The notes under the pieces are model-generated. The model ran no database searches, was not told the origin of the DNA, and saw only the letters and a program-made list of their open reading frames with translations. A program made the position numbers and the translations under genes. A DNA stretch of 57,238 bases, taken from positions 1 to 57,238 of the forward strand of contig JBGFSC010000016.1 of the NCBI GenBank assembly GCA_041694815.1, in the 5' to 3' direction. This document shows positions 54,606 to 57,238 of the stretch, piece by piece. Numbering within the stretch: the first letter of the stretch is position 1; each line of letters opens with the position of its first letter. This stretch comes from Elusimicrobiota bacterium. GTDB taxonomy: Bacteria > Elusimicrobiota > Elusimicrobia > UBA1565 > JACRDR01.

Positions 54606-56306
54606 ATGCTCTGGGCTAAATTCAAGCTATTCTTCCAACGCTATTGGCTCTGGGTCGCCATCGCGCTGCTCATCACCTTTTCGGTCCTGGTTCCGATCTG
54701 GTACCTCGCGGGAATGGAGGAAAGCGTTCGGCGCTACATCGTCGGCATCAATGTCGCCTCGCTTCCCTGGGGGATACTGCAGACCCTGGTCTTCGTCGGT
54801 TTCCTCTATATCCTGCAATACGGCGGCGGTTTCGCCCGCTTTAAGAAGGGCCGCATCGACGCCGGCAAGGTCGCGGTCAAATTCTCCGACGTGATTGGGC
54901 TTACCGAGGCCAAGCGCGAGGCCTGGGAGGTCGTGCAGCTCATTAAGGACCGCTCGAGCTTAAAGAAGATCGGCGGCAAGATACTGCGCGGCATCCTGAT
55001 GATGGGCCCTCCCGGCTGCGGCAAGACCATGCTGGCCAAGGCCATCGCCACCGAGGCCGGCATACCCTTCTTGTCGGTCGCCGGCTCCGAGTTCGTCGAG
55101 GTGTTCGTGGGGGTCGGCGCCGCGCGGGTGCGCAAGCTATTCAAGCAGGCCCGCCAATACGCCGAGGCTTACGGCGGCTGCATCATCTTCATCGACGAGC
55201 TCGAGGTGCTCGGCCGCACGCGCGTGTTCCTCGACGCCTTCGGCGGATCCTCGGAGGGCAATAGCACCTTAAACCAGCTTTTAGTCGAGATGGACGGCAT
55301 CGTCGACTCCGACGCCCATGTGCTCGTCATCGGCGCCATGAACGCCGCCGAGGACGTGCTCGACCCGGCGCTGCTGCGCCCCGGCCGCTTCGACCGCAAG
55401 ATCACGATCGGAAGGCCCAACCTCGTAGAGCGGCAGCAGATCTTCGAATACTACGCCAAGAAGATCCAGATCGATCCCTCGGTCGATTTCGGCCGCCTGG
55501 CGCGCAAGGCGGTGTACAAGACCCCGGCCGAGATCGAGAACATACTCAAGGAATCGGCGCTGATTGCGACGCGCAATGGCCGCGACTCGGTGACCTATAA
55601 GGAAATATCGGAGGCCATCGAGCGCATCGAGCTGGGCGTCGCCCATCGCCTCAACATGACGCCCCGCGAGCGCGAGATGACGGCCTATCACGAGGCGGGC
55701 CATCTCGTCGTGCTCTACCTGACGCACCCGACCAACGACGTGTTCAAGGCCTCCATCATCCAGCGCGGCGGCGTGCTCGGAGTGGTCCACTCGATCCCGC
55801 GCGAGGAGATGTACTCCTCCGACCGCAATACCTTGCTGGCCCATATCAAGGTCTCCCTGGCCGGCTACGTCGCCGAGCGCTTCCAGTACGGGGTCACCAC
55901 CGACGGGGTCAGCGCGGACTTCAAGCACGCCATGGAATACGCCCACACGATGGTCTGGCGCTTCGGCATGGGCGGCAACGGCTTCATTGGCGATTTCACC
56001 GTGATCCCGAAGGAGCAGCTCTCCGAGACGCTCAAGGACAAGCTCAACGCCGAGACGCAGGGCCTGCTCAAGACCGCGCTGGTCGAGGTGGAGTCGACGC
56101 TCAAGGCCGAGTGGCCCATCGTCGAGCGCTTCGCCAACGAGCTGTTGCAGAGAGACGAGCTCGACTACGACGAGATCGCCGCGATCTTCCAGGAATTCGG
56201 GAAGCCGCCCAAGTTGATCGCTCCCGAGGCCCCTCCCGCGCTTCCAAGCGCCTCCGTTTCCGGTCTCGGTGTTCCCGTTCCCACCAAGAAACCGCCCTTT
56301 GCCTGA
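54606..56306 (+). CDS. FtsH-family AAA+ zinc metalloprotease (paralog)
   Basis: Two TMs, GPPGCGKT, FVGVG pore loop, IFIDE, LDPALLRPGRFDR, HEAGH, GVSAD. Confidence 0.9.
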   Translation: MLWAKFKLFFQRYWLWVAIALLITFSVLVPIWYLAGMEESVRRYIVGINVASLPWGILQTLVFVGFLYILQYGGGFARFKKGRIDAGKVAVKFSDVIGLTEAKREAWEVVQLIKDRSSLKKIGGKILRGILMMGPPGCGKTMLAKAIATEAGIPFLSVAGSEFVEVFVGVGAARVRKLFKQARQYAEAYGGCIIFIDELEVLGRTRVFLDAFGGSSEGNSTLNQLLVEMDGIVDSDAHVLVIGAMNAAEDVLDPALLRPGRFDRKITIGRPNLVERQQIFEYYAKKIQIDPSVDFGRLARKAVYKTPAEIENILKESALIATRNGRDSVTYKEISEAIERIELGVAHRLNMTPREREMTAYHEAGHLVVLYLTHPTNDVFKASIIQRGGVLGVVHSIPREEMYSSDRNTLLAHIKVSLAGYVAERFQYGVTTDGVSADFKHAMEYAHTMVWRFGMGGNGFIGDFTVIPKEQLSETLKDKLNAETQGLLKTALVEVESTLKAEWPIVERFANELLQRDELDYDEIAAIFQEFGKPPKLIAPEAPPALPSASVSGLGVPVPTKKPPFA

Positions 56307-56323
56307 AGGCGTCGCTGATTGCT

Positions 56324-57049
56324 CTAGGGTTGAGGGGCGCGGAAATACTTTTGGATGACCTTGCTCAATACGGCGTAGACGGCCACGGCGGCGATGCCTG
56401 AGTAAAAATCGCTGAAGTCCGAGGGGGCCGTCCGTAAGGGCGAGGGGCTAAGCTCGACCATGGCGTTGCCTAAGGCTATCAGAGACAAGGTGGCGTAAAA
56501 AATCTTGTTGGCATGTCTCGGGGCAAAACTCGCGGCGAAATGATGAACGATTCCCATGATCCCGAGGCCGTGAAAGAAATTCGAGTGGTGCAACGTGAAC
56601 CAATTGAGCATTTCGTGAGCCCGCAGAATGTAGGCCACGATATAGACAGGAAGAGCGATCGCCCAAAATCCAGTCCAAGCCACGACCATCTTGTGGTGGA
56701 ATCTCTGCTCGAGCGGCGATTGCTTGCCGCCATCGGGCTCGAAACGAGGCAGAAAACGGTCGACCTTGCTCCTAAACCTTTGCTCCTTCTCTGTTCGCGA
56801 GGGGCTTGCGAAAGACGGAAGGGACGAGTTTACGGTTTCCGCGCTACTTCCCTGGCCCGAATAGAACTCGTTTAAAGTCTCAGACGTATTCTCATCGGAG
56901 CTGGCCTGCTCGAGGCGTGCCGATAACTCGGTCAGCGCCGAGCCCACCTTGCTGGGAGGCTTATCCGTGGCCTCGGCATAGACGGGGTTGCTCCACAAAA
57001 CGCTTGTCAAAAGCAGCCCAAACATCGCTTTGGGCAATCTCCCGATCAT
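56324..57049 (-). CDS. Hypothetical exported/membrane protein
   Basis: Signal peptide (..VYA), soluble linker, about 4 C-terminal hydrophobic segments; AT-richer. Confidence 0.7.
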   Translation of the reverse strand: MIGRLPKAMFGLLLTSVLWSNPVYAEATDKPPSKVGSALTELSARLEQASSDENTSETLNEFYSGQGSSAETVNSSLPSFASPSRTEKEQRFRSKVDRFLPRFEPDGGKQSPLEQRFHHKMVVAWTGFWAIALPVYIVAYILRAHEMLNWFTLHHSNFFHGLGIMGIVHHFAASFAPRHANKIFYATLSLIALGNAMVELSPSPLRTAPSDFSDFYSGIAAVAVYAVLSKVIQKYFRAPQP

Positions 57050-57084
57050 GCCGTCAGTTTGCCCCGAGTTATGCGCAAAAACAG

Positions 57085-57122
57085 GGGCCTGAAGGCCTAG
57101 AAGAAGCTAGGACCCTTGGCCC
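57085..57122. promoter_or_regulatory. Paired GGNC-N5-GNCC inverted-repeat boxes
   Basis: GGGC-ctgaa-GGCCta (57085-97) and taGGAC-ccttg-GCCC (57110-22). Confidence 0.5.
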
Positions 57123-57238
57123 ACAGCTGTCCCAAGAAAGTTTTTTCTAGAAGGCAAAATCTAGCTGTAATTTTTGTAAATTGTCGTCGCGAATGCGGCC
57201 AAGCCTGCGCTCATTAAGTCCCAAAAGATCGATGAGCG

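Overview
GC-rich bacterial chromosomal segment with about 51 tightly packed CDS. The gene content and style suggest a diderm such as Elusimicrobiota (inference, unverified). The left half is mostly housekeeping and envelope genes: ybeY, phoH, glycogen genes (GH57/DUF3536, glgC, glgA), thyX, a CbiX-like and a degenerate ChdC-like protein, a GT39-like glycosyltransferase, a class II tRNA nucleotidyltransferase, a site-2 protease, scpAB, ftsX-envC-ctpA, tsaD, an SBP-like + GAF-GGDEF pair, a PorV-like barrel and pspC. The right half (about 30-56 kb) is an unusual surface-appendage locus. It holds a 1173-aa protein of about 8 FlgD-Ig/CTD-like repeats coupled to a PorV-like barrel, then an atypical Tad/Flp pilus cluster (5 prepilin-like genes, a minimal secretin, a CpaE-CpaF fusion, TadB with an extra exported domain). 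A multi-component signalling cluster and two pseudopilins coupled to an FtsH paralog follow. Two orphan secreted genes share a paired GGNC-N5-GNCC upstream box at near-identical distance from their start codons. Non-coding features are a family of modular hairpin repeats, a twice-occurring 48-bp perfect palindrome and many apparently leaderless promoters. No rRNA, tRNA, CRISPR array, transposase or integrase was recognised.
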